Of a stretch of 64,000 bases of DNA, positions 23,346 through 36,200 are shown piece by piece. The first letter of the stretch is position 1. Every line of letters begins with the position of its first letter. The stretch lies in NCBI GenBank assembly GCA_020891255.1, contig BQFW01000002.1, forward strand, positions 1,550,001 to 1,614,000, written 5' to 3'. The notes beneath the pieces are model-generated. The model had not been told where the DNA came from, did not search any database, and saw only the letters and a program-made list of their open reading frames with translations. The position numbers and the translations under genes are program-made. The stretch comes from Entomortierella parvispora E1425 (taxonomy: Eukaryota > Fungi > Mortierellomycota).

Positions 23346-26300
23346 CTAAACCTTTGGGCCTGAACTAAATTCTGCTCGTTGGGAAGCAAGTGCAGACTTC
23401 CGCATGGCTCCGCCTCCGCTACCTACGACCTGGTCCAACATTTGTTGGAGCTCTTGCGCCTTTAAGTTCTCTTCATCGAGTTTCTTGTTACACCGCCGCG
23501 GCATTTGGTCCTGGTCACTTTCAAGGGGTTGAAATGGTGGGGAGGGGTATGGATGCTTTGCCTTCGAAGCAGGAAGTGCGTCTTGGTTTTCAAGTCGTCG
23601 ATCAGAAAGACGTTCAATCTTGCTAATAATCCCTTGTAGCGCCATATTCCTTTCCTTATCCTCTGTCAAGGTGAATCGTTGAGTCGCAAATGCTTGAGTC
23701 GAAGATGACTGCAGATAGAGCGCGTTGGTGAGACGGGTCATGTCCATGAGTAGAACCTTTTCAGGGGAGTTCCAATCCTATGTCGACAAGACGTTATGAA
23801 GTTAAAATACAAATCCTACGATACCCCTTCCAGCGTGGCATTCGTCTTTTGAAAATCGTACCTGGTCAGATAATCGCATCTTTTCGCCTCGTTCAATCCG
23901 GTCACCGATGCGCGCTCCCTCCATCTTCCATTGCTGGCGTGGACTCATTTCAGCACGCTGGCTAGAAATATCTGTCTTTGAGGACTCGACAATCTGATTA
24001 ACAAGCTTGTTCAGATCTCGGGTCATTTCCCTGTCTTCGTGTTGCTTCAGTTGTCGGTCCTGTTCTTGTTGCACTCGCCTTGAGGTAGAAGCGGCTGATG
24101 CAGAATAGGCCCTTTGGTTTTCCCAACGCCCTTTGGAGAGCTTTTCGATTGTCCCCGCCACATCCGCCTGGGCCATCTGTCGCTTCTGACTAGGAGAGAG
24201 CTGAACCCGTTGATTATCCAATCGCGGGGTGACCCTACACAGGCGCTCAATCGCCGACATAACGTTGCTTAGGTCGAAACGCGTCTTTTCATCCTCAAGT
24301 CCACCACTTAGAGTCCCCCGACTTGTCTCCCTGGTCAAGCTCTGAGTGCGAAGGTCGCCTTGATCTTGCGTCTTCTCATTGAGACCTTCACTGAACTCTT
24401 GCTTTTCTAGTGTCCGATACTGAGGTGCATCATCGTATTCTGGCAAGTCATCGACCACAGCCATGTCTAGTGTCTGCTGGTCAAAAGTATCTCGTTCAGC
24501 CGCGCGGTAGTCGCTCAATGAGGACTCTACAACAGACTGCTGATGCGAGTCATGGAATGGATTCAGTTCATCCTCCTCGATCCCTTCCCGGATCGTTTTG
24601 ATCTGTTTTCTTGATTCAAGGTTATTTACTTCTTCCTCTTGCTCCTGCAGCCCCTCTGCCGATCTCCAGAGCTGAGTCATTTCCTCCATCAACTTATCAA
24701 GCTCACCCCAGTCTTGCTCTAGCTCTCGTGCCTTTTTAGATTGGGCTGCATCCACTGGATGAAGGCCCACGTTAGATGAGGAGCCAATGCCAAAGAGTCG
24801 ACTAGGTCGCTTCCCAGAGTCTAGAGATCGAGTGGGGACCTCGATATGAGAAGTAGATTGAGTGCGACGGCTCCTAAGTGTACGCACTTGCCGATTAATC
24901 GATTGCATCCAGCCGTTGGTACCGCTGTGGACCGATGCCGCTGCCTGCTTCTTTTTTTCGGTTGGTGTAGAATGGTCCACTAGGTTATTGGCGGAGCTTG
25001 AAGATGGTAGGTGGTGTTTGATTGAATGGCTGCTTGTGATTCTTCCGAATGAGTTGGACGAAAGTCTTTTCCAGAGTCGTGAGGCTTGATCCAGACCAGA
25101 ATCTGCAGACTCTGTACGCAAAGGAATCCGAGGTTCTTGCATGCGATTCAGAATTCTGTAAATACAGGCCAAGAGTGCAGCCAATGTACAGGCCAACTGA
25201 TATTCTTGGCTTTCAAATATCAGTGCTGGCTCTATTCTTGTGGCTGCAGCGGTGCTGGTCAATGATCGAGTGGAGGAGACCGTGTCTGCTGGAGAGGAAT
25301 ATGAGACATCTTGGCGCCTTGTTGGTATGTCTAGAGGCTCGTGCAGAACGTTGGAATATTGCTGAGATAAGTGAGGCTGACTGTCGTCAGAGACGACGAC
25401 CGTCAGTTGATCAACTTTGCGTGCCAATTCGTCCAATCTCTCCAGAGAAGACGTCGCCATGCCAGCAATTGGAGTCTGCGAGATGGATTTCTGAACCACA
25501 GAGGAGCTTTTGGTCAGAGGGGCACCGACCAAGACTGGGGACTGGATCGAGGTTGTTGTCTCTGATTTCTGCAAGGAGTCATCTTTGCTCTGCTGCATGG
25601 GTCCATTGGATAGTGCTGGTGACGAGAGCGACAGGGAAGACTCGCGAAAGATGGCCCTTGCCTTCAGTGTGGTCTCGTCTGGATTGTATACGGGATCACT
25701 AGCCGTGACAGCTGAGACGACCTGCTGGAGCAGATTGTCCAGGGCCAGCATCGCAATATTCTTGAGGGACAGCAGGGAGTCAATCACATCCTGAGGATAG
25801 TCGGACAAATAAAAACAAGGGGTAGATGAGGATTAGTGCACGACTCTCAATAATTGCGCCCGGGCGAAGAGGAGTATTGTTGTGGTGTCCATCTAGCCGG
25901 GGGGGGGGGGGGACCATGGGGCACCAAGAAGTAGGGGAAGGGGACCAAAGACTATTTTCTGCATGATCTTGCTTCTCTGAGGACAAAACCACGAAGTCAC
26001 CTCCAGTCCTCCAGTCTGCATTCCTCTTTGTTTACCCTTCCCCCCTCTCTCTCTCTCTCTCTCTCCCTCTCTCTCTTTCTTTCTCTCTTCGACACCTTGT
26101 CGTGGTTGGATAGTGCCTCCCGAAGGCATGATCTAGTTACCTCATTATCACTAGCTGTCTTGGACAAGGGTGACCCGTCGCTCTCCAACATCATGGCCAT
26201 CATAGTCATCCGGGGCTCATGTGTCGACAAGGGCCGCGGGGGCATAAAAGAAGAGCCAGCCATGTGCTGTTCATTTTCGAACCCATGGTGCTCTCGTAGA

Positions 26301-27131
26301 TTTTGCTGTTCCGTTTCCTCGAGGTGCAGAAAAGGGGTTGACTCTCCGTGAAAGGAGTTTCGATACTGCAGGTGCCGTTGATAGTCCTGTTGTCGTTTCT
26401 GCTGGCGAGGCTGCCTCTGCTGTTCCAGTTCCAGTTCCAGTTCCTGTTGCTGAGGATGGGGTTGCTCTTGTTGATTTTGCTGTTGTTGCTGCTGCTGATG
26501 CTCTTGTTTCTTTTGGATATGAGATGGGAGCTGATACTGAAGCTGCAACTCTTTTTGATGCTGCCGTTGCTGCTCTTGTTCAGCATGGGTTTGCTGCAGG
26601 TATTCTTGAATACCAGAGATCTTCTTGGGTGCCATGTCCTCAAAGATCGAGTCGACACAGTCTGAATCTGCGGTCGTAATCACAGACGCCGGAGATTTAA
26701 TAATCACAGGGATCACACCCTGAAACCCGCCTCCATTTCCAACAGTGGTCGTCGTGGTCGTCGTCTCGTTGGATGCTACCAACTCTTCGAAACTCCCGCC
26801 TGCAAGGAGGGTTGGCATAGAAGGTGATCGTCTCGTGTTTGAATCAAGTAGAGAGCTGGACTTGTTGCTGTCAGATTGACGCTCCAACAACAGATCTGGC
26901 TGCCAGGGCTCGCGCTCAAGTCGACTGACAATAGCCGTGTCCTCATCTTCTTCAAACAGCCTCGATGAAGAATTCCGCTGCCGAGAGCGGCTCTAGGTCG
27001 GAGAGAATGATGCAAACAACAATGGAAAGAGCGGCCTGACGGTCAGAGGCAATGATAACACGGGCCGCCAGGTGTTCCTCCACCTGTGGTTTTACCTTGA
27101 GTTTCTTCTTTGGCTGGAGGGCGACTGCCAT
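23346..27131 (-). CDS. Large hypothetical protein with a Gln-rich N-terminal region and a fungal coiled-coil C-terminal region; 4 or more exons
   Basis: Exon 1 MAVALQPKKKLK (27131) splices in frame to ORF 25997-26890, then to 23802-25808 and 23346-23747 via GT-AG introns. FDLSNVMSAIERLCRVTPRLDNQRVQL resembles conserved fungal hypothetical proteins. Confidence 0.7.
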
Positions 27132-29180
27132 TGCGGGCCAATTAATTAGTACGAGCTGTGATTAAATAAATCAGCGGCAGGGGTGACTGTCGGGCAAGGG
27201 TCGAATGAGACGGAAGGAGGGGAACCAACAGTGAATGAATGGGGCGACAGTCGCCGTGGTGGGTGGTGGTGGTGACAATGGAGATGCGTGTTCTGAAGAG
27301 CGGCTTCGCTTCCAGACAAAGTCGGGGATTAGGTTTGTAGTAGGACGTAGGTGGCGTGCAGGTTGCGCGTGTTTGTGTGGAGGAAGAGTGGTGGAGCGGG
27401 CAGGAGGAAAAAGAACGAGAAAACAAAAGAGGAAGGAAGAGAGGAAGGAGACTGAATGAGGACGAAAGAGAGAGAAAGAAAGAGACGGATGAATGAACGA
27501 ATGGCCTGTTCTGTTCTGTTCCCATTCGATCTCAATGGAAACAGAGATCCCCTCTTTTGCTCTGTGCGCGTGGTGTGCTTGTGCCAAATGTGCCTGGCTG
27601 GCTGAACTGGCTGGACAAATTGACCGGCTGTGTTGTTGTATTGCCGTCTCCTCTTTGTTTTCCTTCTCTCTCGACTCCGTTGCAGCAACAAACGTCCGCT
27701 TCTGGCCCCCATGGACTTTGTGGACCAAAGACCTGATGCATCATGCATGGGCACTCTTCAACCCAATCTGCAGCCCATGATCGGACTGTGCTCTCTCCGG
27801 AAATCAGCCCCCCTTTATTCGTGGGCTAGCTTGCGACAGGCCACGGACGACCACCCGCAAAAAGAAGCTGGCATAGTTAGAAAAGAGAAACGCGGAGACG
27901 CGTGTCCTGTTTGACTGCAACCTTTCATCATTCGATTCGCTCTCGGAGTTGAAGACGAGACGAAGGATTCATTGCAACCAAATGAAAAAAACCAGGACTT
28001 TCTAGGTCAAAAGAGCCCTCATTCTTTGTGCTTCCAATATTCCCAATTGATTCTTTTGCGCGTGAGCGGTTGTGTCGAGCTTCCACCTGACATTCCAATT
28101 ATGTGTGCTGCAGGGTACAACAAGTACCACAAAGGAAAAACGTGGGCGTTTTGGTTCATCCTGACAATCTCCAATCCCTCCTTGGATCCGATATAGGCGC
28201 GTTGGTCCGCAAACAATGACCGAATCTTCGTGGTCTTGGGAAATAGGGTAACTCCAAGGCGCTCAAATATTTTTCATTCGCAATCTCTTCATAATCGGCC
28301 CTTTAGAAGACCCTTCCTAGCTATCATCCTCTCGCTGAATAGACCCTTGTCTGGAGGTGAAGGCAGCTCGAGAAAGGAGAACGAAATCAAGCGGAGTGCA
28401 CCCCGGGTTCTCGTGCTGAAAGTGAGGATGTTTTTTATGTTTTTGAGTGCTGTGCTTGTGCGTCTGTCCGCGAGATGCTGTGCCGTCAGGGACAAGACAC
28501 GGTAACCGTCCCGATCTTCTCTCTGCAAATGACGCCGCTGTGCGGTTTGCAGAATTTTGCAAGCGGCGTCGTTGGCCGACCAGAAAAGAGAAGACTCCCC
28601 GCCAGGACAGGGTTGTCTGGCTGGCTATGAAAACAGCCCCTCACGTCCCGCTGTTTGTTTTGAGAATTTCTGTTATTTGTAAAAACTCGCTACAGGCGGA
28701 TGATGTATTCCCAGGCGATGGACTCTGCGGCTATCGTCATTCTTGTGCTTGTGCCTGTGTGCCTTGTTTGCCCTAGTGTGTGCGTGCGTGCCTGAGATGA
28801 AAGAGAGCGATGGTCTGCCCATTGTCAATCTACACCATGCATCGCCTACGTGTCGATAGGCGGCCATCCAACGTTGCGAGAGCGTGCCTGTGATTGACGG
28901 ACGAAGTGGTCGCCCAGGTTCATGTAATAGGGTTGGAATGAATGAAGACATTCGAGAGCACAGAATAATGATCCTATTTATACGACAGTCCGCCCTATCG
29001 CTCTATTATCTCACCAGAGCCAAATTCGCTTAGGCCAAATCAAGGCGCTTCTCCCACAGGGGCCCCGTTCAACTCAATCATCTCATCTCCATCCTTTTTG
29101 TCTTCTTCTTCTTTCATCATCATCCTCTTCATCCCCCATCCTCTCCCCTTACATCCCCCCCTCCCACTCACTACATCATC

Positions 29181-30776
29181 ATGAAGGCTCTTATTCTCGT
29201 CGGTGGTAATACTCCCCTCTTGCACCTTCATCTCGTTTCATGTTTGATCATCGTGTCGAATCGTCGTTCAGCACACTGACATTCTCCATCGTTTCTTGTA
29301 GGCTTTGGAACTCGTCTCCGCCCCTTGACCTTGACTATGCCCAAGCCCTTGGTCGAGTTTGCTAACAAGCCCATGATCCTCCACCAGATCGAGGCCCTTG
29401 TCGAGGTGAGCACTACCGAACTAAACTGGCACTTCTCCAGCTCTTGTCCAAAGTTGCTCGGGTTCCTCGCGCTCACCTCTGTTTTTTCTCGTTATTTTTT
29501 TGTAGGCTGGAGTCACGGATATCGTTCTCGCTGTCAACTACAGACCCGAGGTTATGGTTGCCATCCTTCAGAAGTACGAGGATTTGTACAACGTCAAGAT
29601 TACATTCTCGGTCGAGACTGAGCCCCTGGGCACTGGTATGCTTCGAGCTCAAGAAAAAAAACCATTCTGATCTATGCCATCTTGAACAAACTCGTTGGCG
29701 GTGGCAAAACAGGACAATGGATGGGAAAAGATACTGACATTACACTTTCTGACCCTTGTAGCTGGTCCTCTTGCCCTTGCCCGCGATATTCTTGGCAAGG
29801 ATGACTCTCCCTTCTTTGTCCTCAACAGTGACGTGATCTGCGACTTCCCTTTCCAGAAATTGAAGGCTTTCCATGAGGCTCACGGACACGAGGGTACCAT
29901 TGTGGTAAGAATCAACAGAACCAACTCAATTGACTATCTAGTCCAGTCGAAAAACGAAAATGATATGATGAACCAACCTTTGTTTAAAATCTGTCATTTC
30001 GCAGGTTACCAAGGTCGAGGAGCCATCAAAGTACGGTGTCATCGTCAATAAGCCCGACAGCTCTATGATTGACCGCTTCGTCGAGAAGCCCGTCGAGTTC
30101 GTTGGCAACAAGATCAACGCTGGTATCTACATCTTCAACCCTGCCATCCTTAACCGCATCGAGCTCAAGCCCACCTCAATTGAGCAGGAGACTTTCCCCC
30201 TCATGGCTGCCGATTCTCAGCTTCACTCCTTCACTTTGGATGGTTTCTGGATGGATGTTGGTCAGCCCAAGGACTTTTTGACTGGAACCTGCCTCTACCT
30301 CACCAACGTTAACAAGTGCAACCCTGGTGCCTTGGCCAACCCCAACTCTGGATATGTCCACGGTGGTAACGTCTTGGTTGACCCCACCGCCAAGATCGGC
30401 AAGGACTGCCGCATTGGACCTAACGTTGTTATCGGACCTGGTGTCGTCATTGGTGATGGCGTTCGTCTCCAACGGTGCGTTCTCTTGGAGGGCTCCTCTG
30501 TCAAGGACCACGCCTGGATCAAGAGCTCCATTATCGGTTGGCACTCGACCATTGGTCGATGGGTACGTTTATTGAATAGTGAAGCATTGCGCCGTTGAGA
30601 CGATCACCCACTCATATTAACCTTGCATTTTTTATGATTTATAGGCCCGCTTGGAGGGTACGTCAGTACTGGGTGACTATGTCACTGTCAAGGATGAGGT
30701 CTACATCAACGGTGGCTCGATTCTGCCTCACAAGTCCATCTCTGCCAACATTACAGAGCCCCAAATCATCATGTAA
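29181..30776 (+). CDS. PSA1: Mannose-1-phosphate guanylyltransferase (GDP-mannose pyrophosphorylase)
   Basis: [46 protein letters not shown] and [12 protein letters not shown] motifs plus hexapeptide repeats. Confidence 0.96.
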
Positions 30777-31183
30777 AAATATCCCGAGTCGTCATCACAA
30801 AAAACATATCACTGCCACCACATTTGGGCGGTTTGAAGAGGATCCCACAACAGGAAGCCATCCATGACGGTGGCTGGACCACTTGCACTTTGACCACCCT
30901 ATATTCCTTTAATAATATCAACTGAATGCAAAAAAATCGTTCCCGGGTGTTTGTTCTCATGTGTGAGCATGCTTGCACGTGACGTGGGAGGGCTTTCGCG
31001 CGAAGACGGTTGGGCTGGGTCCCCATCGGTTTCTTCTTTTTATTTTTTTGCTCGCTTTCTCTCTCTCCTGTCCATTCAATTCCATTCCCGTCCTTCTTCA
31101 CATTCCCCCCTCTCCCTCGCCCTTTACGACTACCATCGACACTATTACCCTACAGGAAAAAGAATCTCGTCAAACTCATTCCA

Positions 31184-32694
31184 ATGTCCGAACGCGAGGC
31201 TCAAGAGTTGGTTGCCAAGGCAGACAAGAAGGCGACCTCCAGCTCATGGTTCTTTGGAGGAAACAAGTATGAGGAAGCCGCGGAGCTGTACACCAAGGCC
31301 GGCAACATCTACAAGATGGCGAAGCGCTGTAAGTAAAGCCCCCATCTTTGAAGCCAGGTCATTCCCCGACTGCAATCTAGCCTGGACCGAGAGGAACATG
31401 CAATCACCATAGAGCAGGAGAGTGAGACCCACATCCCCAAGGAGGCAAAGCGTGGTCATGCACGCGTCATTGGACAGGATCCTCTAATTCAAGGACCACT
31501 GCGCTGAAATCTTGGCGTTGAGACTCACGAATCCATTTCTTTCTATTTTTTCAGGGAAGGAGTCGGGCGACACGTTTTGCAAGGCAGCCGACATGCAACT
31601 GCAGATGAATGAAAAGGATGAGGCCGCTTCCACCTTTATCAATGCCTCAAAGTCGTACAAGAAGTGCAGCCCTCAAGGTACAGTGAAAATGTCAGGTGGC
31701 AAAACACCCACCCCTCCCACCTGCCCCCCTGAAAGAAATCCAACACTACTTGCCATGTTGTGTTGACCTTGTCTTGTTTTCTTCTTTTATTGCAGACGCC
31801 ATTTCCTCGCTCACAAAGGCCATTCAGATCTTGACGGAGAAGGGACGCTTCCAGTCGGCTGCCAAGCATCAAGAAGATATTGCTGGCATCTATGAATCAG
31901 AACTGATTGATCTCGAGCACGCCATGCAGGCCTATGAGATTGCTGCAGATTGGTACGCAGGAGAGTCTTCGACGGCGTAAGTTGCAACCCATCCATGACT
32001 GAGTGGCCCACCTGCCGTAACGAACATACTTGCCCCCATCGGAGACTTTGCGCTGACAAAGATCATCATTTTTCTCTGTCATCGATAGACTTGCGCACAA
32101 GTGCTTACTTAAGGTCGCCACATTTTCAGCCCAGCTGGGCCAGTATGAAAAGGCCATTGAGAAGTTTGAGCTTGTTGCAAACGCCAGCTTGGATAACCAA
32201 CTCATGAAATGGTCCCTTAAGGAATACTTTCTCAAGGCCGGTCTTTGCCATATTGCAACAGGGGTAGGTTCCACGGATATTAATTGGGAATGCGAGGATC
32301 GAATATGGAATTTAACGGCCCAAGGAGCTGACCGAATTGCTGAATTGCTTCTGCTCTCTTGTATCATAGGACTCCGTGTCAGCGCACAATGCTGTTGGTC
32401 GTTACTGCGAAATGGATGTCACATTTGGATCGACAAGGGAGTGCCAGTTTCTTCAGGTAAGACGATACTAATGGTTTTGAGTGACATTCTAGCTGTTGTC
32501 TTGAAACAGGAACTGACAAGCTATTTTCTGTGTTACTTGTCCTTCAGAGCATTTTGACTGCCGTTGATAATGGTGATGTCAGCCAGTTCACCGGAAGCGT
32601 GGTTGAGTTTGACCAACTAACCAAACTGGACAACTGGAAGACCAAGATCCTCCTGGAAATCAAGAACAGCATAGGAGAGTCGAATTTGATGTAG
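31184..32694 (+). CDS. SEC17: Alpha-soluble NSF attachment protein (alpha-SNAP)
   Basis: [45 protein letters not shown] and [13 protein letters not shown] motifs across exons. Confidence 0.93.
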
Positions 32695-33221
32695 ATGGAC
32701 AATACCGTACTGTGAAAAAAATATACTTAATACACGCGCATATAGTCAGGAGACAGTTGCAGCAGAGAGCCATCCCGCCGCGTGGGATAGAAACGCGTCT
32801 TTCTGACCGCATGCCAGTGAGGACTCTGGGGTTAACAGCGCCCAGGAAAAAGAGTGTTCAGAGAGCGAAAGCCCTTTGGCCTCTTTTTTGTCCTGCTCCA
32901 ATGCAATCCCTAAACTCTGGGCCACCGCCGTTGTTGACGCGCATTTGAGTTGACAAGAGGTACCGCGTTGATTGGTTGCTGCCTGCTCTTGTGTTCACGC
33001 GGATGGAGGTTGGGGCGTGTTGAGCGCACCACGGAACGAGGATCTCGGACAAAAAAACCGACGACAAAATCATAAAAAAGGACGTCAGTAGGAGGTATAT
33101 GCACCCCTCCCTGTCTCTCTCGCTCCCCCCTCCTACTCTCTTTTCTTCTCTCTACTTCCTTCCTCTTTTCCATTCCCACAGTTTCTCCATTCCTCGACCC
33201 TGCTACTCATTCATTTCGACA

Positions 33222-36200
33222 ATGGCATCTCGTCTTATCACGCGCACACATCTGCAGCGGACCCTGCTCCCAGGTCTCTCCTTTTCCCAGTCACTCACCA
33301 CTCGTTCGGTATCTCCGGTTCTTCTCCGAGCCTTTGCCACCGAGAGCGGCAGCGGCTTCCTCGGCCGAACTCACAAGGACCAGAAAGATCTCGTCCACGG
33401 AGAGCCTTCCGGACCTAAAATCGTCACTAGTACCATCCCTGGCCCAAAGACAAAGGCTGGGCTTCAGCACCTTGATAATTTGCAAGATACTCGAGCTGCC
33501 ACGATGATGACAGGTAGTTTCCCCACCTCTTTCAGTCCTCGCTCCCCCCCTTTTTTTTCCGCCGATATGCTTTTTTTTTTTTGATTTCGGTTGACCCAAC
33601 ATATGTTTTTGCATAACGAACGAAATCCGTTTAGATCTGAACAAATCCCACGGAAACTACGTTGTGGACTTGGATGGAAACACTGTAAGTTCGATATAAT
33701 ACACTTGGATAGGATGCTTTCTGCACTGATCCTTGTTTGTCCGGTCGTGTGAACCTAACGCGTTTCGATCGTTTCAATCATCTGGACAATTGTAGTATTT
33801 AGACTGTGATGCCAAATGCGACACCAGTCACCCAAAATCTTCGTGTCGCATGTATGTCTCACACTAATTTCGTGACTACTGAATTAAACTTTGGGACACT
33901 GGAATCAAAATTTTTGACTTGGGAAGCGAATTGTTTCCACGGCGTGAGAGCACAAAAAATGTCTGCAAGGAAGTCTATGATATCGAGATAGAACTATGGG
34001 TAGGAGGCTCCGGTAGTGCCGCCTATTGGTCGCCAAGGGAATCCTCAAACGTCACCAGAGATACGGTGACAGTGCGTCGCTATGAACAGAGTCCAGGGAC
34101 GCGTCGTGAGAGCATTTGTACCACACTTGACCCACTTGAACCCACTTGAACATTAAAAAAAACCGTTTATTCATCCATTTTCATCATGCTCATCATTCTC
34201 GTCGTGCGTTTGATTGCCCAATATCTCTGGGTACAGCAATTGTAAACGTTTGACAAGACTAGCCACAGTCTTGCCTTGGTTAACAACGGACAAGGAATCC
34301 CTTGCCTCTTCAAAGGAGAGGCCATTGGCTTTAGCATCCGCCTCAATCACTTGAATGAGCTTACGCCTGCGCTCAACTGCTTTCCTTTCTGACCTATCAT
34401 ATGGTCTTCGCAATTTCAAGGCTGCCATTGGGCCGTTGAATTCCCAGCAAGCAGTTTTAACTGACAATGCCCCTCGGTCTGGCACAAGTGTGTAGCTAAC
34501 TTTCCAGCATGGTTGCTTGAATTGTGGCGGCACCGGTGGGACATCCTTCAGCCGTCGTCCAAATGCTGTTAGTGGCTCATCATCTTCATCCTCCTCTTCT
34601 TCTTGGAGTTCTTGCTGCTGTTGGCCCTGCCCCTGGATCTGTTGTTCACCCTGCTGCTGGTCCTGCCCCTGGCTCTGTTGTTGGCCCTGCTGTTGGTCTT
34701 GCCCCTGACTCTGTTGTGGGTCCAGTTGCTGACCCTGTTGCTGACTGTGTTGTTGACACCGCTGCCGATCTTGCTGCCGGTGGTGCTGCTGCTGTTGATC
34801 CGGCCGCCGAATTGCCCGCTGAATACGCCATTGAGTATCAGGTTGGCGTCGGAGTGGAGGGGGGATAGTCTCTGCCATCCGGGTGCCGTCCATGCGATAA
34901 CGTTGCTTTTGTTCAAACTGTCTCAACTGTAGTTGCATTTGATGTCCCTGTTGCAGTTGTTGCAGGTGGAGGTTTTGCCACATTCCAAACTGGTTCCCGA
35001 GCGCAAGATACTGTTGATGTTCCAACGCCGCCTGTTGATATTGGGATTGTTGAATTGATACCAATATCTCTTTCAACAAGCGTTCTTGCCTGGCGTGCGA
35101 CTCTGATGTTTCATTACTCATACCATTGACGGCATCTGCAATGACAGTGTTGTTCAGCTCCTCGTTGATGTTGATGCGAGCACGTTCTTCCTTGTGCCTC
35201 TTGATATCATCAAGAAGGTTCTCCTTGAACTGGAGAAAATCATCCCGGATGAATATCTGCTGCATCTGATCGGATGCGAGAAGTTTGTTCATCATAGTAA
35301 CACCGTCAGGACCTCGCTCTTCCATGAACATCACCGAGTCTTGAAGAATGACCCTCCTCATCCGGACCATCAGCTTGAGAAACGCTATCAAGTCGACGAT
35401 AGACCCATGTTCGTAAGCACTGCTAACATGGTCATGGCCACATTGATCTCCCTCTACATCCTCCTCGTTCATTTTCCACCACACATCTGTCTCTGAAGCC
35501 GCGTTTGTATCACCGCCTTCCATCTCCTCGTCGCAGGTTTTGATCCATGACGGCGCCAGTCGCTTTATCCTGGGGTCATCAAAAACCTTCTCGATCCATG
35601 GGAATATCTGCCGTTGCAGATCGAGGGGAGGAGTAACTAGGTCTCTCTCGATAAGGTATGGCTTGTCCATGTGGTTGAAGTGCGCCATATAAAATGCTCC
35701 GATGACGGGATTTTTAGGAGCATAGAAGTTCTCCATCTGCCCCATCACCCACCGCCCAAGATGTCGGATGTGTTCTAGCTCAAGTCCAAGATGGTATGCC
35801 TCTGAGGTGCCAGCATGTCTACCACCATGTGTCACCTTGGTGGAGTAAACCTCGCATGTCCTCATGATGGCTGCAGTCGAGTTGATCTGAGTCCGGAGAT
35901 GGATTGGAGTTTTCCTGTCTTTCTTCGCTCTTTCCTCAGGAGAAGAGCCATCCACAAGGAGTGTATACTTGCTCCATTCATCCGGATCTGCGAAGTCAGG
36001 CAAAGGTTCCTGATCGATCTAACAAGTCCACCAGTCCGAGAAAAATCGAATAAATACCCAATATTCGCAATAAACACAGCACATTGCAATAGTACAATTG
36101 TTGTTCTCACCTGCCAGCGCTCCAGCATATAGAAAGCAAATCCACCAACAGTACACCGCCGATAGTCCTTGTGACGAAAAGCCGTTCCATAGAGTCGAAC

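Noticed and set aside
31330-31553. Possible H/ACA snoRNA in SEC17 intron 1 (CCAGG/CCTGG hairpin then AGAGGA)
   Set aside because: The second hairpin and ACA placement are unconvincing and no target could be assigned by eye.
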